Notes under the pieces: generated by a model | Seen by the model: the letters and a program-made list of their open reading frames with translations, nothing else | Databases searched by the model: none | What the model was told of the DNA's origin: nothing | Shown: in pieces, positions 28,237-39,298 of the stretch | Layout of the letters: each line of letters starts with the position of its first letter | Position numbering within the stretch: position 1 is the first letter of the stretch | Program-made: the position numbers and the translations under genes | From: Bacteroidota bacterium | GTDB taxonomy: Bacteria; Bacteroidota; Bacteroidia; Chitinophagales; Chitinophagaceae | Direction: 5' to 3' | Length of the DNA: 64,000 nucleotides | Assembly: GCA_013286485.1 (NCBI GenBank) | Contig: JABDFN010000001.1 | Coordinates: forward strand, 4,867 to 68,866

Positions 28237-29229
28237 ATGGCAACAGACGAAAAATTAAAAGTTCTTAAACTGGCATTAGACAAGATCGAAAAGGACTATG
28301 GCAAGGGCTCGGTAATGATGCTGGGCGACAAACAAAAGGACAAGATAGATGTTATCAGCACCGGTTCACTGGGACTTGATGTAGCGCTGGGCGTGGGTGG
28401 TTTACCCTGTGGACGCGTGATAGAGATATATGGGCCTGAAAGTAGTGGTAAAACAACTATAGCCATTCATACAATAGCACAGGCACAGAAAAAAGGTGGT
28501 ATATGCGCTATCATAGATGCGGAGCATGCTTTTGATGCATCTTATGCAAGAAAGCTGGGTGTAGACGTAGACAGCCTTATTATTTCTCAACCCGATTATG
28601 GCGAACAGGCACTGGAAATAGCTGACAGGCTTATATCTTCAGGCGCAGTAGATGTGGTAGTTATAGATTCGGTAGCTGCATTGGTACCTAAAAGTGAATT
28701 GGAAGGTGAAATGGGGGAAAGCAAAATGGGCCTGCAGGCAAGGCTGATGAGCCAGGCGCTTCGTAAACTTACTGCAACTATATCCCGCACGGGCTGCTGC
28801 TGCATATTCATCAACCAGCTTCGCGAAAAAATAGGTATTATGTTCGGCAATCCAGAAACAACAACCGGCGGTAATGCGCTTAAATTCTACGCTTCAGTTC
28901 GTTTAGATATACGCCGCATCAACCAGATAAAAGACGGCGATGTAGCAAGCGGTAACCGTGCACGTGTGAAAGTGGTAAAGAATAAAGTAGCACCACCCTT
29001 CCGCCAGGCAGAGTTTGATATCATCTTTGGAGAAGGTATTAGTAAAACAGGAGAGATCATAGACATGGGTGTAGAATTAAACATCATACAAAAAAGCGGT
29101 TCATGGTTTAGTTACAATGAAAGTAAGATAGGTCAAGGTCGCGATGCTGTGAAACAATTCCTGAACGACAATCCTGAAGTAGCGGCTGAAGTGGAAGGCA
29201 AGATAAGAGCTGCATTGCAGCAAGTATAA
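28237..29229 (+). CDS. recA: recombinase RecA
   Basis: The sequence [27 protein letters not shown], Walker [10 protein letters not shown] and the remaining RecA core are present. The start is set at ATG 28237 rather than the TTG at 28201 given by the track. Confidence 0.97.
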   Translation: MATDEKLKVLKLALDKIEKDYGKGSVMMLGDKQKDKIDVISTGSLGLDVALGVGGLPCGRVIEIYGPESSGKTTIAIHTIAQAQKKGGICAIIDAEHAFDASYARKLGVDVDSLIISQPDYGEQALEIADRLISSGAVDVVVIDSVAALVPKSELEGEMGESKMGLQARLMSQALRKLTATISRTGCCCIFINQLREKIGIMFGNPETTTGGNALKFYASVRLDIRRINQIKDGDVASGNRARVKVVKNKVAPPFRQAEFDIIFGEGISKTGEIIDMGVELNIIQKSGSWFSYNESKIGQGRDAVKQFLNDNPEVAAEVEGKIRAALQQV

Positions 29230-29256
29230 CAATATAATAATGTACTTTATACATAC

Positions 29257-29284
29257 AAACGCTGCAAAAAGATTGCAGCGTTTT
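29257..29284 (+). terminator. intrinsic terminator of recA
   Basis: AAACGCTGCAA aaaga TTGCAGCGTTT hairpin followed by a short T run. Confidence 0.75.
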
Positions 29285-29335
29285 GCAATTGGTACAATTT
29301 TAGCAAATGAGTTACCTTAGTAGCAACTATTTTTT

Positions 29336-30727
29336 ATGACATTAATCAAATCAATTTCCGGGATCAGGGGAACGATCGGGGGCAAACCCGGAATAGGGCT
29401 TACACCAATAGATATTGTGAAATTCACAGCTGCTTATGGAGCATGGATACAAAAAGAAGGGAACAATAATAAAATAATTATTGGTAGAGACGGACGCATA
29501 TCCGGAGAAATGGTGCGCAATATTGTTACTGCAACTTTACAAAATTGTGGGTTCAATGTTATAGACCTGGGATTAAGTACTACTCCTACAGTAGAAATGG
29601 CTGTAAAAACAGAATCTGCTGCAGGGGGTATTATACTTACAGCCAGCCATAACCCTAAAGAATGGAATGCATTAAAATTGCTCAACAAAGATGGCGAGTT
29701 TTTAAGTGCAGAAGCAGGAAAATGGATCTTGGATTATGCAGAAAAGAGTGAGACAGTGTTTGCAGACATTAATAAACTTGGTAGCTTAACAAACGATACC
29801 ACGCTTTTACAAAAACATATTGACGCAATACTAGCTCACCCGCTGGTTGATGTAAAAGCTATTAAAAAGAAGAATTTCAAAATTGTTGTTGACCCGGTAA
29901 ACTCTACAGGTGCTATAGCAGTACCTGCATTATTAAAAGCTCTTGGGGTAGAAGATATTATTGTAATTAATGATGAAGTGACGGGAAAATTTGCCCATAA
30001 TCCGGAACCATTACCTGAGAACCTAAGAGACCTATGCTCAACAGTAGAAAAAAAGAATGCCAACCTTGGCATTGCTGTTGACCCGGATGTAGATAGGTTG
30101 TGTTTTGTTTGTGAAGACGGTAGCTTGTTTGGTGAAGAGTATACGCTCGTTGCTATTGCTGATTATGTATTAGCTAATAAAAAAGGCAATACCGTATCCA
30201 ATCTATCTTCTACCCGCGCGCTTAAAGATGTAACAGAAAAACACGGAGGACAGTATTTCCCCAGCGCTGTAGGAGAAGTGAATGTAGTAAAGAAAATGAA
30301 AGAAGTAACTGCGGTGATCGGCGGTGAGGGAAATGGTGGAGTTATAGTCCCCGAACTGCATTATGGGCGTGATGCTTTAATTGGTATCGCTTTGTTTCTT
30401 ACACATCTTGCAAAATCAGGTAAGAGCGTGAAAGCATTGCGAGCAACTTATCCTGATTATTTTATCTCAAAAAATAAAATAGAACTGGATGAATCGGTAA
30501 ATGTGAAGAACATTTTTGAACAGATAAAGAAGAAATACAAAAAGCAGCCAATCAATACTGAGGACGGGCTGCGCATAGAATTTGACAATGACTGGGTGCA
30601 TTTGCGCACATCAAATACAGAACCCATTATTCGCATTTATTCAGAAAGCAGTAGTGAGACCATGGCTAATAATATCGCTAAAAGAATAATGGCTGATATA
30701 AAAGAGATGATGATGGTTGTTAACTAG
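29336..30727 (+). CDS. glmM: phosphoglucosamine mutase (alpha-D-phosphohexomutase family)
   Basis: 463 aa with the active-site loop TASHNPKEWN, the Mg site DPDVDR and a four-domain length. The GlmM versus PMM/PGM assignment rests on the Bacteroidota-type sequence only. Confidence 0.8.
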   Translation: MTLIKSISGIRGTIGGKPGIGLTPIDIVKFTAAYGAWIQKEGNNNKIIIGRDGRISGEMVRNIVTATLQNCGFNVIDLGLSTTPTVEMAVKTESAAGGIILTASHNPKEWNALKLLNKDGEFLSAEAGKWILDYAEKSETVFADINKLGSLTNDTTLLQKHIDAILAHPLVDVKAIKKKNFKIVVDPVNSTGAIAVPALLKALGVEDIIVINDEVTGKFAHNPEPLPENLRDLCSTVEKKNANLGIAVDPDVDRLCFVCEDGSLFGEEYTLVAIADYVLANKKGNTVSNLSSTRALKDVTEKHGGQYFPSAVGEVNVVKKMKEVTAVIGGEGNGGVIVPELHYGRDALIGIALFLTHLAKSGKSVKALRATYPDYFISKNKIELDESVNVKNIFEQIKKKYKKQPINTEDGLRIEFDNDWVHLRTSNTEPIIRIYSESSSETMANNIAKRIMADIKEMMMVVN

Positions 30728-30803
30728 CAAATTGACAACAAGAAAAATAAAAGAGGTTGCGATTTATTACGACCTCTTTATTATTTGATAGTATCTTCAA
30801 TTA

Positions 30804-31778
30804 TCACCAACCCAATAAATAAGCAAATATCAGCGGAGCTACAATAGTAGCATCACTTTCAACTATAAATTTTGGTGTATTGATATCTAACTTACCCCAG
30901 GTAATTTTTTCATTAGGCACTGCCCCACTGTATGAGCCATAAGAAGTAGTACTATCGCTTATCTGGCAGAAATAGCTCCAGAAAGGCACATCATGCCATT
31001 CCAGGTCCTGGTACATCATGGGTACTACGCAAATTGGAAAATCTCCTGCTATACCCCCTCCTATCTGGAAGAAACCAATACCTTTACCACCCGAATTCTT
31101 GCGATACCAGTCTGCCAGCCAAACCATATACTCAATACCACTCTTCATCGTAGAAGCATTGAGTTCACCTTTGATGCAGTATGAAGCGAAGATGTTGCCC
31201 ATAGTACTGTCTTCCCAACCCGGTACTATGATTGGAAGGTTCTTCTCTGCAGCAGCGATCATCCAACTATGCTTGGTATCTATCTCATAATCAGCTTCCA
31301 TTACTTTGCTCAGCAATAGCTTATACATATACTCATGCGGAAAATAACGTTCTCCTTTATCTTGTGCATCTTTCCATATTTTAAAGATATGTTTCTGTAT
31401 CCTGCGAAAAGCTTCTTCCTCAGGTATGCAAGTGTCAGTAACACGGTTATACCCCTGTTCTAATAATTCCCATTCTTCTTTTGGGCTCAGATCACGATAG
31501 TGGGGAACACGCTTGTAGTGCGTATGGGCAACCAAATTCATAATGTCTTCTTCTAGGTTTGCACCTGTGCAACTAATGATCTGTATTTTATCCTGGCGAA
31601 TCATTTCTGCCAGTGAAATACCCAGCTCAGCCGTACTCATGGCTCCAGCTAGTGATACTAGCATTTTACCATTTTCAAGCAAATGTGTTTCATATCCTTT
31701 TGCAGCATCTACCAGTGCAGCAGCATTGAAATGGCGATAATGATGTTGTATAAACTGAGATATTGGACCTTTGTTCAT
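30804..31778 (-). CDS. deoxyhypusine synthase family protein (bacterial homologue)
   Basis: 324 aa. The N-terminus HFNAAALVDAAKGYETHLLENGKMLVSLAGAMSTAELG and ISCTGANLEEDI match the DHS-like NAD-binding fold seen in Bacteroidota. Confidence 0.75.
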   Translation of the reverse strand: MNKGPISQFIQHHYRHFNAAALVDAAKGYETHLLENGKMLVSLAGAMSTAELGISLAEMIRQDKIQIISCTGANLEEDIMNLVAHTHYKRVPHYRDLSPKEEWELLEQGYNRVTDTCIPEEEAFRRIQKHIFKIWKDAQDKGERYFPHEYMYKLLLSKVMEADYEIDTKHSWMIAAAEKNLPIIVPGWEDSTMGNIFASYCIKGELNASTMKSGIEYMVWLADWYRKNSGGKGIGFFQIGGGIAGDFPICVVPMMYQDLEWHDVPFWSYFCQISDSTTSYGSYSGAVPNEKITWGKLDINTPKFIVESDATIVAPLIFAYLLGW

Positions 31779-31808
31779 TGTTTTGGTTTTATATTTTGTA
31801 AAAATAAA

Positions 31809-31832
31809 AAGCAGCAGTGATACTGCATGCTT
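31809..31832 (-). terminator. intrinsic terminator of gltA
   Basis: Hairpin AAGCAGCAGT/ACTGCaTGCTT with one bulge, followed on the minus strand by a T-rich run (plus-strand A-run 31801-31810). It lies 26 nt past the stop. Confidence 0.6.
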
Positions 31833-31857
31833 CTTACTATTTATTCATCAAAAAATA

Positions 31858-33177
31858 TTAAGCTACCGGTTCACCTTTAGCTATAAATTTCTTTATCCAA
31901 TCTGTTGTCATAGACTTTGGACGTTCTATCGGGAATCCCAACGCCCTGTCCCAGCATAGGCTCGCTAGTACCCCCAATGCACGGGATACACCAAATAATA
32001 CAGTGTAAAAATCTTCTTCAACAAGCCCGTAATGCTTCAATAAAGCACCGGAATGCGCATCTACATTTGGCCAGGGGTTTTTAATCTTACCTGTACCTTC
32101 TAATATAGCAGGAGCAACCTCATATACATGCCATACTGTTTTTATCATATTGTCATCGGGGCAGTGACGTTTTGCAAACTCCATTTGAGCTGTAAAACGT
32201 GGATCTGTTTTGCGCAATACCGCATGCCCGTAACCCGGTACAACTTTACCTTGCAATAATGTCTTTTTAATATACTCAGCTATCTGTTCTTTTGAAGGGT
32301 CTTCGGTATTCAATTCCTTATACATTTCATCAATCCAACGAACTACTTCCTGGTTAGCTAATCCGTGTAGTGGTCCTGCAAGCCCCGTCATACCAGCAAC
32401 AAACGACAAATAAGGATCACTTAGTGCAGACCCTACTAAATGAGTAGCATGTGCAGAAACATTACCACCTTCATGATCTGCATGAATAGTAAGATATAGG
32501 CGCATCAGTTCTTTAAAGCTCTCATCTTCATAACCCAGCATATGAGCAAAATTGGCAGCCCAGTCTAGCATACCATCAGGCTGAATATGTTCTCCTGCTT
32601 TATATTTGCGACGATAGATGTAAGCGGCAACACGTGGTAAGCGTGCTATCAGTGTCATCGTATCTTCATACACATAATCCCAATACTCCTTTTTGCTAAT
32701 ACCATCTGAATATGCCTTAACAAATTTTGATTCTGTTTGTAATGCCAGAATAGCAGTACAAAACTGTGTCATGGGATGTGCAGAAACAGGCAATGCTTCT
32801 ATAACATCAAACACGTGATTGGGAACGTGCGAACGACGTGCCCATGTTGCAGAAATATGATCTACATCTTCATGATTGGGCACATCACCAATCAACATCA
32901 GGTAAAACAATCCTTCAGGTAATGGTTCATTACCATCCTGAATTTTAGGAAGTTTTTCTCTTAGTTCGGGGATAGAGAACCCTCGAAAACGTATACCTTC
33001 ATTTGAATCAAGAAGTGAAGTTTCTGTAATAAGCCCGGGAATACCGCGCATACCCTGATATGCCTGTGCAATAGTTACCTCATCCAATTTTTTATTTCCA
33101 TGCTGCTCAATTAAGCTTTTAATGTCTTTTGCATGTTTGTCAGCTATTTCTTTAAATCGCTCTTTTACGTAGCCCAT
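31858..33177 (-). CDS. gltA: citrate synthase
   Basis: 439 aa with catalytic-region motifs ([25 protein letters not shown]). This is the long eukaryote-like type common in Bacteroidota. Confidence 0.95.
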   Translation of the reverse strand: MGYVKERFKEIADKHAKDIKSLIEQHGNKKLDEVTIAQAYQGMRGIPGLITETSLLDSNEGIRFRGFSIPELREKLPKIQDGNEPLPEGLFYLMLIGDVPNHEDVDHISATWARRSHVPNHVFDVIEALPVSAHPMTQFCTAILALQTESKFVKAYSDGISKKEYWDYVYEDTMTLIARLPRVAAYIYRRKYKAGEHIQPDGMLDWAANFAHMLGYEDESFKELMRLYLTIHADHEGGNVSAHATHLVGSALSDPYLSFVAGMTGLAGPLHGLANQEVVRWIDEMYKELNTEDPSKEQIAEYIKKTLLQGKVVPGYGHAVLRKTDPRFTAQMEFAKRHCPDDNMIKTVWHVYEVAPAILEGTGKIKNPWPNVDAHSGALLKHYGLVEEDFYTVLFGVSRALGVLASLCWDRALGFPIERPKSMTTDWIKKFIAKGEPVA

Positions 33178-33328
33178 AATATATTTTTTAAGCGTTGGTC
33201 CTTACAGCGCTATTTTTTCGAGCCACAAAGGTAAGTGTAAATCATGAGAGGTTAAAAAATTGATATCTATAAAATCTTACATCGACGAAATACATTAAAT
33301 ATATTTAATACTCAATTATGGGACATAA

Positions 33329-33357
33329 AAAAGGTGCTTAGATTCTAAGCACCTTTT
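33329..33357 (-). terminator. intrinsic terminator of the giant adhesin gene (bidirectional shape)
   Basis: AAAAGGTGCTTAG att CTAAGCACCTTTT, a 13-bp perfect stem, 17 nt past the 33374 stop. Confidence 0.8.
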
Positions 33358-33373
33358 AAAGCTATTGAAAATA

Positions 33374-36300
33374 TTATGGCTTAATAAACCTTGAAGTTCG
33401 TATCTCACTATTATCATCCACGTCTTCCACACTTATTATATACTCACCAGGATACAGGTTCGTAACATCAACAGGAACAATTCCATCCTGATAATCATAT
33501 GGATTTACTGCAACCCTATATACCTCTCTGCCAAAGTTATTGAGGATATACATATTCACATTCCTGCCCGGTGTGCCATTGAATTTAACATTCAAAGTAG
33601 TACTTGCAGGATTTGGATAAACAGTAACTGTTCCATGTCTTGCCACAAAGGTCTTTCCGTCAACTGCGCTCGTTACAGCAAATACGGTCATTTTACTAAG
33701 TCCCGTCATAGTAAGTGTATACGGATCGTTGCCAAGAGAATTAGAAATAGAAGGAGCATATCCCCAATCAGGATTATTATACGTTGATATATAACAAGCA
33801 TTCCTGTTGAAATCAGTTAATTCATCAGAAGCGTTCCATTGCAACTTGAGCGTAACATTTGCACTATCGCCATTAGATGATAATAACCATGATTTACCTA
33901 CAGCATATTGCGTTAATGCACTACCTGTAGGTCTTAGGGATATCTGGTCGTAGCTGCTATTTATATTATTGTAAACAGCAATAGTATAAAGGCTTGCCAC
34001 ACCACTGTTAGAGAAAGTAAGCGGCGTATAAGAAGACCCGTCAGACAGAGGTACAAATTGATCCGCTGTTTTACCACCCGAACCTATATTCTCCATACGA
34101 ATGACGCCCATTCCATTTGTTACCATGTATGAAGCATTACTACCACCCAATATGTTTGCATTAGGACCAAAGTTTACACTATTATCGCCTAATACCATCA
34201 AACCGGATAGCATAGAAAGTGAACCTGTAGTAGTAACATCTCCCTTATATATTGTTTTGATTCCTGTGCCCTGTATCTGGATATTATTGTAGGTAGATGC
34301 ACCTATAACCAGCTGTGGTTTTGTACCGGAATATATAACCGTGCCTTTCGAAGCATCGAATGTGCAAAGATCACAAATTGGGGAGCCCTTTAATTCCAGC
34401 TTATTTCCCGCACCACTAAAAGATAACGAAGTATTTTCCCCAAAATAAATACTATCACAAATTGCACCTGTTATATCTACTGCTGGCATATGCGGGGCAG
34501 ATGAGCTAATATATACCTCTGTAGTTGACAATGGTAATACTCCGCAACTCCAGTTAGCAATATTTGACCATTTAGTATCCGCTTGTCCGATCCATGTTGT
34601 GTTATTGGTAATGCTTAAGAAAATAACAGCTGAAGTATCAGCAGGAGCACATGTGCCGGTAACAATTATACGATACTGATTTCCACTCATGTTCAGTGTT
34701 GCATTTGTTATTGTTAGAGTTGGAGTTGTTACGCCTCCATAAGGTGCAGCAGATGCAATATTGGCCCACGTACTTCCACCATTAGTACTTATTTGCCATT
34801 GATAGGACAGGTTAGTTCCAGTAGCTACCACAAGGAAGCTATCATTTGCGCTATTGCAAACGGTAACATTTGAAGAAGTCTGATTAGTAATACGTGGTGC
34901 AGTATAAATAGTTAAAGTATCTGGTACAGTTGTAATAGTTGGTGTACACGCAGCAGTTATGACACAATGGTAAATAGAACCATTCATGTTTACAAGTGGG
35001 TCAAGTATCGTCAGTGTTTTAGTATTTGTACCTGAATATACAGAACCGTCAGAAAGTGTAGTGTAGCTTCCCGGAGAACCTCCCGGATCATTTATCATCC
35101 ATTGGTATTTAAGTCTTGTTCCAATTGCATTTACACTGAAGCTGATCGGCGTAAACTGACAGGTAGCGGCACTTGGTGACTGTGATATCAATACCGGTAA
35201 GGTATCAATCGCAAGTCTTACAACATTAGATATTTGAACAGGCGGGCATACTCCTGAAACAATACAACGGAATGTATAGCCACTCATTGCAGTAGTAACA
35301 GGAATAACCTTCAATGTATTTGTATTACCGCCAACATATGGTGCACCAGCCGGTACATTTACAAAGCCTGCACCGATATTCATTTGCCATTGGTAGGTAA
35401 TACCTGTGCCTGTTCCATTTATATTAAATGTTGCTACAGATCCTTCACATACCTCTGTATTTGTCGGTTGAGATGTAATTGCAGGTAATGAATTGACAGT
35501 AATCGTAGCAACTGCTGTATTTACGGTTGCGCAGAAGTTAGTATAAACAGCCCTATATTGATAACCATTGTTTGCAGGCGTAGGAACAAACGTATATGAA
35601 GGATAGTTGGCCGCGGTTATGTTGAGCCATGAAGCGCCACCGTTAGGGCTTACCTGCCATTGAATAGTTGGAGCTGGTATTCCCGTAGCACCCGAATTAA
35701 GCGTTAACGATGTACCGGCACATACTGTTTGCGTCAAAGGACTAGCTGTAATAACTGTAGGCACGTCAACAGTAAGAGAAACGCCCAATGAATAAGTTGC
35801 CCCACAAACAGACATAAACAATGCCCTGAATATTTTGCCATTATCGGCAACTGATGTCGCAAAACTATAGTTAATAGTGTTAGCACCTGCTATATTGTTA
35901 TATGTTACGCCACCGTCTGTGCTCACTTGCCATTGAATGGTTGGTGTTGGAAATCCTGTTGCTATTGAAGTAAAATTGACAGTAGAACCTGTACACACTG
36001 TTTGTGCAAGCGGCTGTGTTGTTACTGTCGGAATAGTGGTACCAACTGTTAAACTAGCTGATGGAGCCAATGTACTACCACATACATTTGTAAATACCTC
36101 TCTAAATATTTTACCATTATCTGCTCCTGCTGATACGAAACTATATGTACTCGAAGTTGCTCCAGCTACGCTACTAAAAGTAACACCTCCATTTGTGCTT
36201 ACCTGCCATTGAATGGATGGAGACGGGAAACCAGTCCCTGTACCGGTAAAGGTAGCGGGAGACCCGGCACATACTATTTGGTTGGTAGGAGATGTAATTA

Positions 36301-39139
36301 CTGCCGGAAGTCCTGTGCCAACAGTAAGTGCTGCAGTTTGAGAGAATGCAGAACCGCAAATATTTGTAAATAATACACGATACTGTTTCCCATTATCCGT
36401 AGTAGCTGTTACAAAACTGAAATTATTATTAGTAGCACCTGCTATATTGTTAAATGTTGTTCCTCCGTCTGTACTTAATTGCCATTGAAGTACCGGTGCA
36501 GGGAATGATATGGCAGACGCTGTAAAAACTGCTGTGCTTCCTGTACAAACCGTAAGGCTTGCCGGGCTTATTGCGACTACAGGCGCACCTGTGCCAACAG
36601 TAAGTAACGCTTCTGTTGTGGTAGCCGAGCCACAAACATTAGAAAACACCGCACGGTATAATTTACCATTATCTGTAGGAGCAGGAGTAAATGTAAATGC
36701 ATTGCTTGTAGCACCTGCAATTGCACTAAATGTAACACCGGCATCCGCACTTACCTGCCATTGCATTGTTGGAAGCGGGTTTCCGGTACCAGCAGCTGTA
36801 AAAGTAACGGGTACTCCGGTACATACAGTTTGACTTACTGGATTTGTTGTTACCGACGAAGCTGCAGATCCGACAGTGAGAATACCTGCCTGACTAAATG
36901 TAGACCCGCAAAGATTAACAAATAAAGCACGGAACCTCTTATTATTATCGGCAACAACTGTTGTTAGGCTAAAGCTATTATTAGTAGCACCAGCAATATT
37001 GTTAAATGTATTACCACCATCAGTGCTCAACTGCCACTGAATTGTAGACGCCGGTGATGAAGTAGCCGAAGCTGTAAAAAAGGCTGTAGCACCTGCGCAT
37101 ACAGTTTGATTAGCAGGCGTAGTTGTTACAACAGGTAGGCCCGAACCAATATTCAACAAAGCATTTGTTGTAATTGCCGAACCACAAACGTTTGCAAATT
37201 GGGCGCGATATAATTTACCATTGTCAGCTGCTGAAGTTGTAAAACTAAATGTTGTATTAGTAGCACCTGCAATTGGATTAAATGTGACGCCACCATTAGT
37301 ACTTACCTGCCATTGAACTGTTGGGATCGGCACGCTGAGAGCCGCAGCGTTAAAGGTAGCTGCGGTTCCTGGGCAGACTGTTTGTGCGCTGGGTGAAGTT
37401 ATTACAATAGGTGCTGAATTACTTACTGTTAACAAAGCAACAGTAGTATAAGAAGTACCGCAAACACTTACAAATTGTGCACGGTAGATGGAACCATTAT
37501 CTGTTACAGCGGTAGTAAAGTTGTATGACCCACTCGTAGCACCTGCAATATTGCTAAACGTTACACCCCCATCTGTGCTTCTTTGCCATTGTATTGCAGG
37601 AGAACTTGTAGAGCCGCAAAGGAAAGTTACAGCCGAGCCGGCACATACTGTTTGGCTTGTTGGTGAAGTAGTAACTGTAAAGGGAGTATTTACTGAAAGT
37701 AATGCCGGTGTTGTAAAAGAAGTTCCGCAGGCATTTACTAACACAGCTTGGTAAATTGAAGCATCATTTGCAACTGTAGCAGTAAAACTATATGTAGCAC
37801 TGGTAGCGCCTGCTATATTATTAAATGTAACACCACCATTAGTACTTACCTGCCATTGAATAGTTGGGGCAGGAGAGCCGGTCGCGGCAACTGAAAAATT
37901 AGCAGTTGCGCCCGCACATACAGATTGATTACTAGGAGAAGACGTTATAGAAATGGCAGAACTTACTGTCAGATATGCCATTGTAGTAAAAGAAGAACCA
38001 CATGTATTTAAAAAAACTGCACGATATGCTTTACCATTATCGGTTACAGCAGTAACAAAACTAAGTGTGCTACCTGTAGCACCGGGCACATTACTGAATG
38101 TGATGCCATCTGTGCTCACCTGCCATTGTATCGTAGATCCGGGCGAACTCGGTGCATTAGCAAAAAAGCTTGTAGAACTTCCAGCGCAAATTGTTTCGCT
38201 GGTTGGTTGCGTACTAATGACAGGAGCTGAATTTATTGTAAGTATTGCAGCTTGACTAAATGCAGAACCGCATGCGTTTGTAAATACTGCGCGGTACTCT
38301 TTACCATTATCGGTTGAAGCTGTTGTAAAACTGAGCACGTTACTGTTTGCACCCGCTATGTTGTTGTACGTAAGACCACCGTCAGTACTTACCTGCCATT
38401 GAATAGCAGAAGATGGGGTACTGGAAGCTGATGAACTAAAATCGACAACATTTCCCGTACATATAGATTGAGCAGATGGATTTGTTAAAATTACAGGAGC
38501 AACTGAACTTACAGTTAATGTAGCAACGCTTGTAGTTGCTATACCACAGCTATTTACAAATACTGCCTTGTATTGTTTACCGTTATCGGCCGCAGAACTG
38601 GTGAATGTAAGATCAGTGTTGGTAGCACCAGGAATAGGGTTAAACGTAATTCCGCCATCAGTACTAACCTGCCATTGCACGGTTGGTGTAGCGGTTCCTG
38701 TTGCAGCTACAATAAAACTCACTGCACTTCCTGCGCATACTGCCTGATTGGTAGGATTAGTTGTTACAGAAGGTGCTGTACCCACTGTTAATGTCCCTGT
38801 TGTCGTATAAGCAGAGCCACAAGCATTAACAAATAGAGCCCGAAATTGTTTGCCATTATCTGCTAAAGCGGTAACAAAACTATAAGTAGGTGAATTCGCA
38901 CCGGGAATAGCAGTAAAAGTTGCTCCGCCATCTGTGCTCACCTGCCACTGTACTGTTGATGCAGAACCGCTCGCTGCCGCAGTAAAAGTTGCAGTATTTC
39001 CAAGACAGACAGTTTGTGTATTGGGGGCAGTTGTTATCGCAGGAGATACACACTGTGCAAAGCCATTACCCCATGTAAAAATGATAATAATAAATAATAC
39101 TGATCCGAAAAAAGAATGTAATTTTTTCATCATACTCAT
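33374..39139 (-). CDS. giant T9SS-secreted surface protein/adhesin with 16 Ig-like repeats
   Basis: 1921 aa. Signal peptide MSMMKKLHSFFGSVLFIIIIFTWGNGFAQC. It has 13 regular repeats built on C-x-G...(I/V)QWQVSTDGG-x-TF-x-(I)-x-GA(T/N)...DNGK-x-(Y/F)RA-x-F-x-N-x-CGS, then 3 divergent YQW-type repeats. The C-terminus has the T9SS sorting domain VYPNPASTTLNVKF...GEYIISV. Confidence 0.9.
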   Translation of the reverse strand: MSMMKKLHSFFGSVLFIIIIFTWGNGFAQCVSPAITTAPNTQTVCLGNTATFTAAASGSASTVQWQVSTDGGATFTAIPGANSPTYSFVTALADNGKQFRALFVNACGSAYTTTGTLTVGTAPSVTTNPTNQAVCAGSAVSFIVAATGTATPTVQWQVSTDGGITFNPIPGATNTDLTFTSSAADNGKQYKAVFVNSCGIATTSVATLTVSSVAPVILTNPSAQSICTGNVVDFSSSASSTPSSAIQWQVSTDGGLTYNNIAGANSNVLSFTTASTDNGKEYRAVFTNACGSAFSQAAILTINSAPVISTQPTSETICAGSSTSFFANAPSSPGSTIQWQVSTDGITFSNVPGATGSTLSFVTAVTDNGKAYRAVFLNTCGSSFTTMAYLTVSSAISITSSPSNQSVCAGATANFSVAATGSPAPTIQWQVSTNGGVTFNNIAGATSATYSFTATVANDASIYQAVLVNACGTSFTTPALLSVNTPFTVTTSPTSQTVCAGSAVTFLCGSTSSPAIQWQRSTDGGVTFSNIAGATSGSYNFTTAVTDNGSIYRAQFVSVCGTSYTTVALLTVSNSAPIVITSPSAQTVCPGTAATFNAAALSVPIPTVQWQVSTNGGVTFNPIAGATNTTFSFTTSAADNGKLYRAQFANVCGSAITTNALLNIGSGLPVVTTTPANQTVCAGATAFFTASATSSPASTIQWQLSTDGGNTFNNIAGATNNSFSLTTVVADNNKRFRALFVNLCGSTFSQAGILTVGSAASSVTTNPVSQTVCTGVPVTFTAAGTGNPLPTMQWQVSADAGVTFSAIAGATSNAFTFTPAPTDNGKLYRAVFSNVCGSATTTEALLTVGTGAPVVAISPASLTVCTGSTAVFTASAISFPAPVLQWQLSTDGGTTFNNIAGATNNNFSFVTATTDNGKQYRVLFTNICGSAFSQTAALTVGTGLPAVITSPTNQIVCAGSPATFTGTGTGFPSPSIQWQVSTNGGVTFSSVAGATSSTYSFVSAGADNGKIFREVFTNVCGSTLAPSASLTVGTTIPTVTTQPLAQTVCTGSTVNFTSIATGFPTPTIQWQVSTDGGVTYNNIAGANTINYSFATSVADNGKIFRALFMSVCGATYSLGVSLTVDVPTVITASPLTQTVCAGTSLTLNSGATGIPAPTIQWQVSPNGGASWLNITAANYPSYTFVPTPANNGYQYRAVYTNFCATVNTAVATITVNSLPAITSQPTNTEVCEGSVATFNINGTGTGITYQWQMNIGAGFVNVPAGAPYVGGNTNTLKVIPVTTAMSGYTFRCIVSGVCPPVQISNVVRLAIDTLPVLISQSPSAATCQFTPISFSVNAIGTRLKYQWMINDPGGSPGSYTTLSDGSVYSGTNTKTLTILDPLVNMNGSIYHCVITAACTPTITTVPDTLTIYTAPRITNQTSSNVTVCNSANDSFLVVATGTNLSYQWQISTNGGSTWANIASAAPYGGVTTPTLTITNATLNMSGNQYRIIVTGTCAPADTSAVIFLSITNNTTWIGQADTKWSNIANWSCGVLPLSTTEVYISSSAPHMPAVDITGAICDSIYFGENTSLSFSGAGNKLELKGSPICDLCTFDASKGTVIYSGTKPQLVIGASTYNNIQIQGTGIKTIYKGDVTTTGSLSMLSGLMVLGDNSVNFGPNANILGGSNASYMVTNGMGVIRMENIGSGGKTADQFVPLSDGSSYTPLTFSNSGVASLYTIAVYNNINSSYDQISLRPTGSALTQYAVGKSWLLSSNGDSANVTLKLQWNASDELTDFNRNACYISTYNNPDWGYAPSISNSLGNDPYTLTMTGLSKMTVFAVTSAVDGKTFVARHGTVTVYPNPASTTLNVKFNGTPGRNVNMYILNNFGREVYRVAVNPYDYQDGIVPVDVTNLYPGEYIISVEDVDDNSEIRTSRFIKP
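35480..39045 (-). repeat. 13 tandem coding repeats, mostly 276 bp (92 aa), inside the adhesin gene
   Basis: The anchor motif (T)GCCA(T/C)TG, the reverse complement of the QWQ codons, recurs at 35655, 35929, 36205, 36481, 36757, 37033, 37309, 37585, 37852, 38122, 38395, 38671 and 38944. Spacings are 267-276 bp. Boundaries are approximate. Confidence 0.85.
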
Positions 39140-39298
39140 ATTGTTTTTATAGCAGTTTTTGCCCTTAAAATGGATTATTCCGTAAGTGCGTTTATATTCA
39201 ATAAACTTTATACAGTAAATATAATCCAGTTTTTAAAATTCTTATAGAAATTTTTAAAATTTAGCCTGTAAATAATGATAAATATACTATATTAATAA

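Noticed and set aside
35480-39045. Regularly spaced DNA repeats that could be mistaken for a CRISPR-like or satellite array.
   Set aside because: The period is 276 bp, there is no short repeat/unique spacer alternation, and the whole array is one open reading frame encoding Ig-like domains.
34101-39152. Plus-strand ORFs and extra minus-strand frames inside the adhesin gene (for example 35937-36212, 36510-36833, 37488-37754, 37953-38255, 38573-38791).
   Set aside because: They recur with the 276-bp coding repeat and are mirror or alternate frames of it. The main frame is continuous from signal peptide to T9SS domain.
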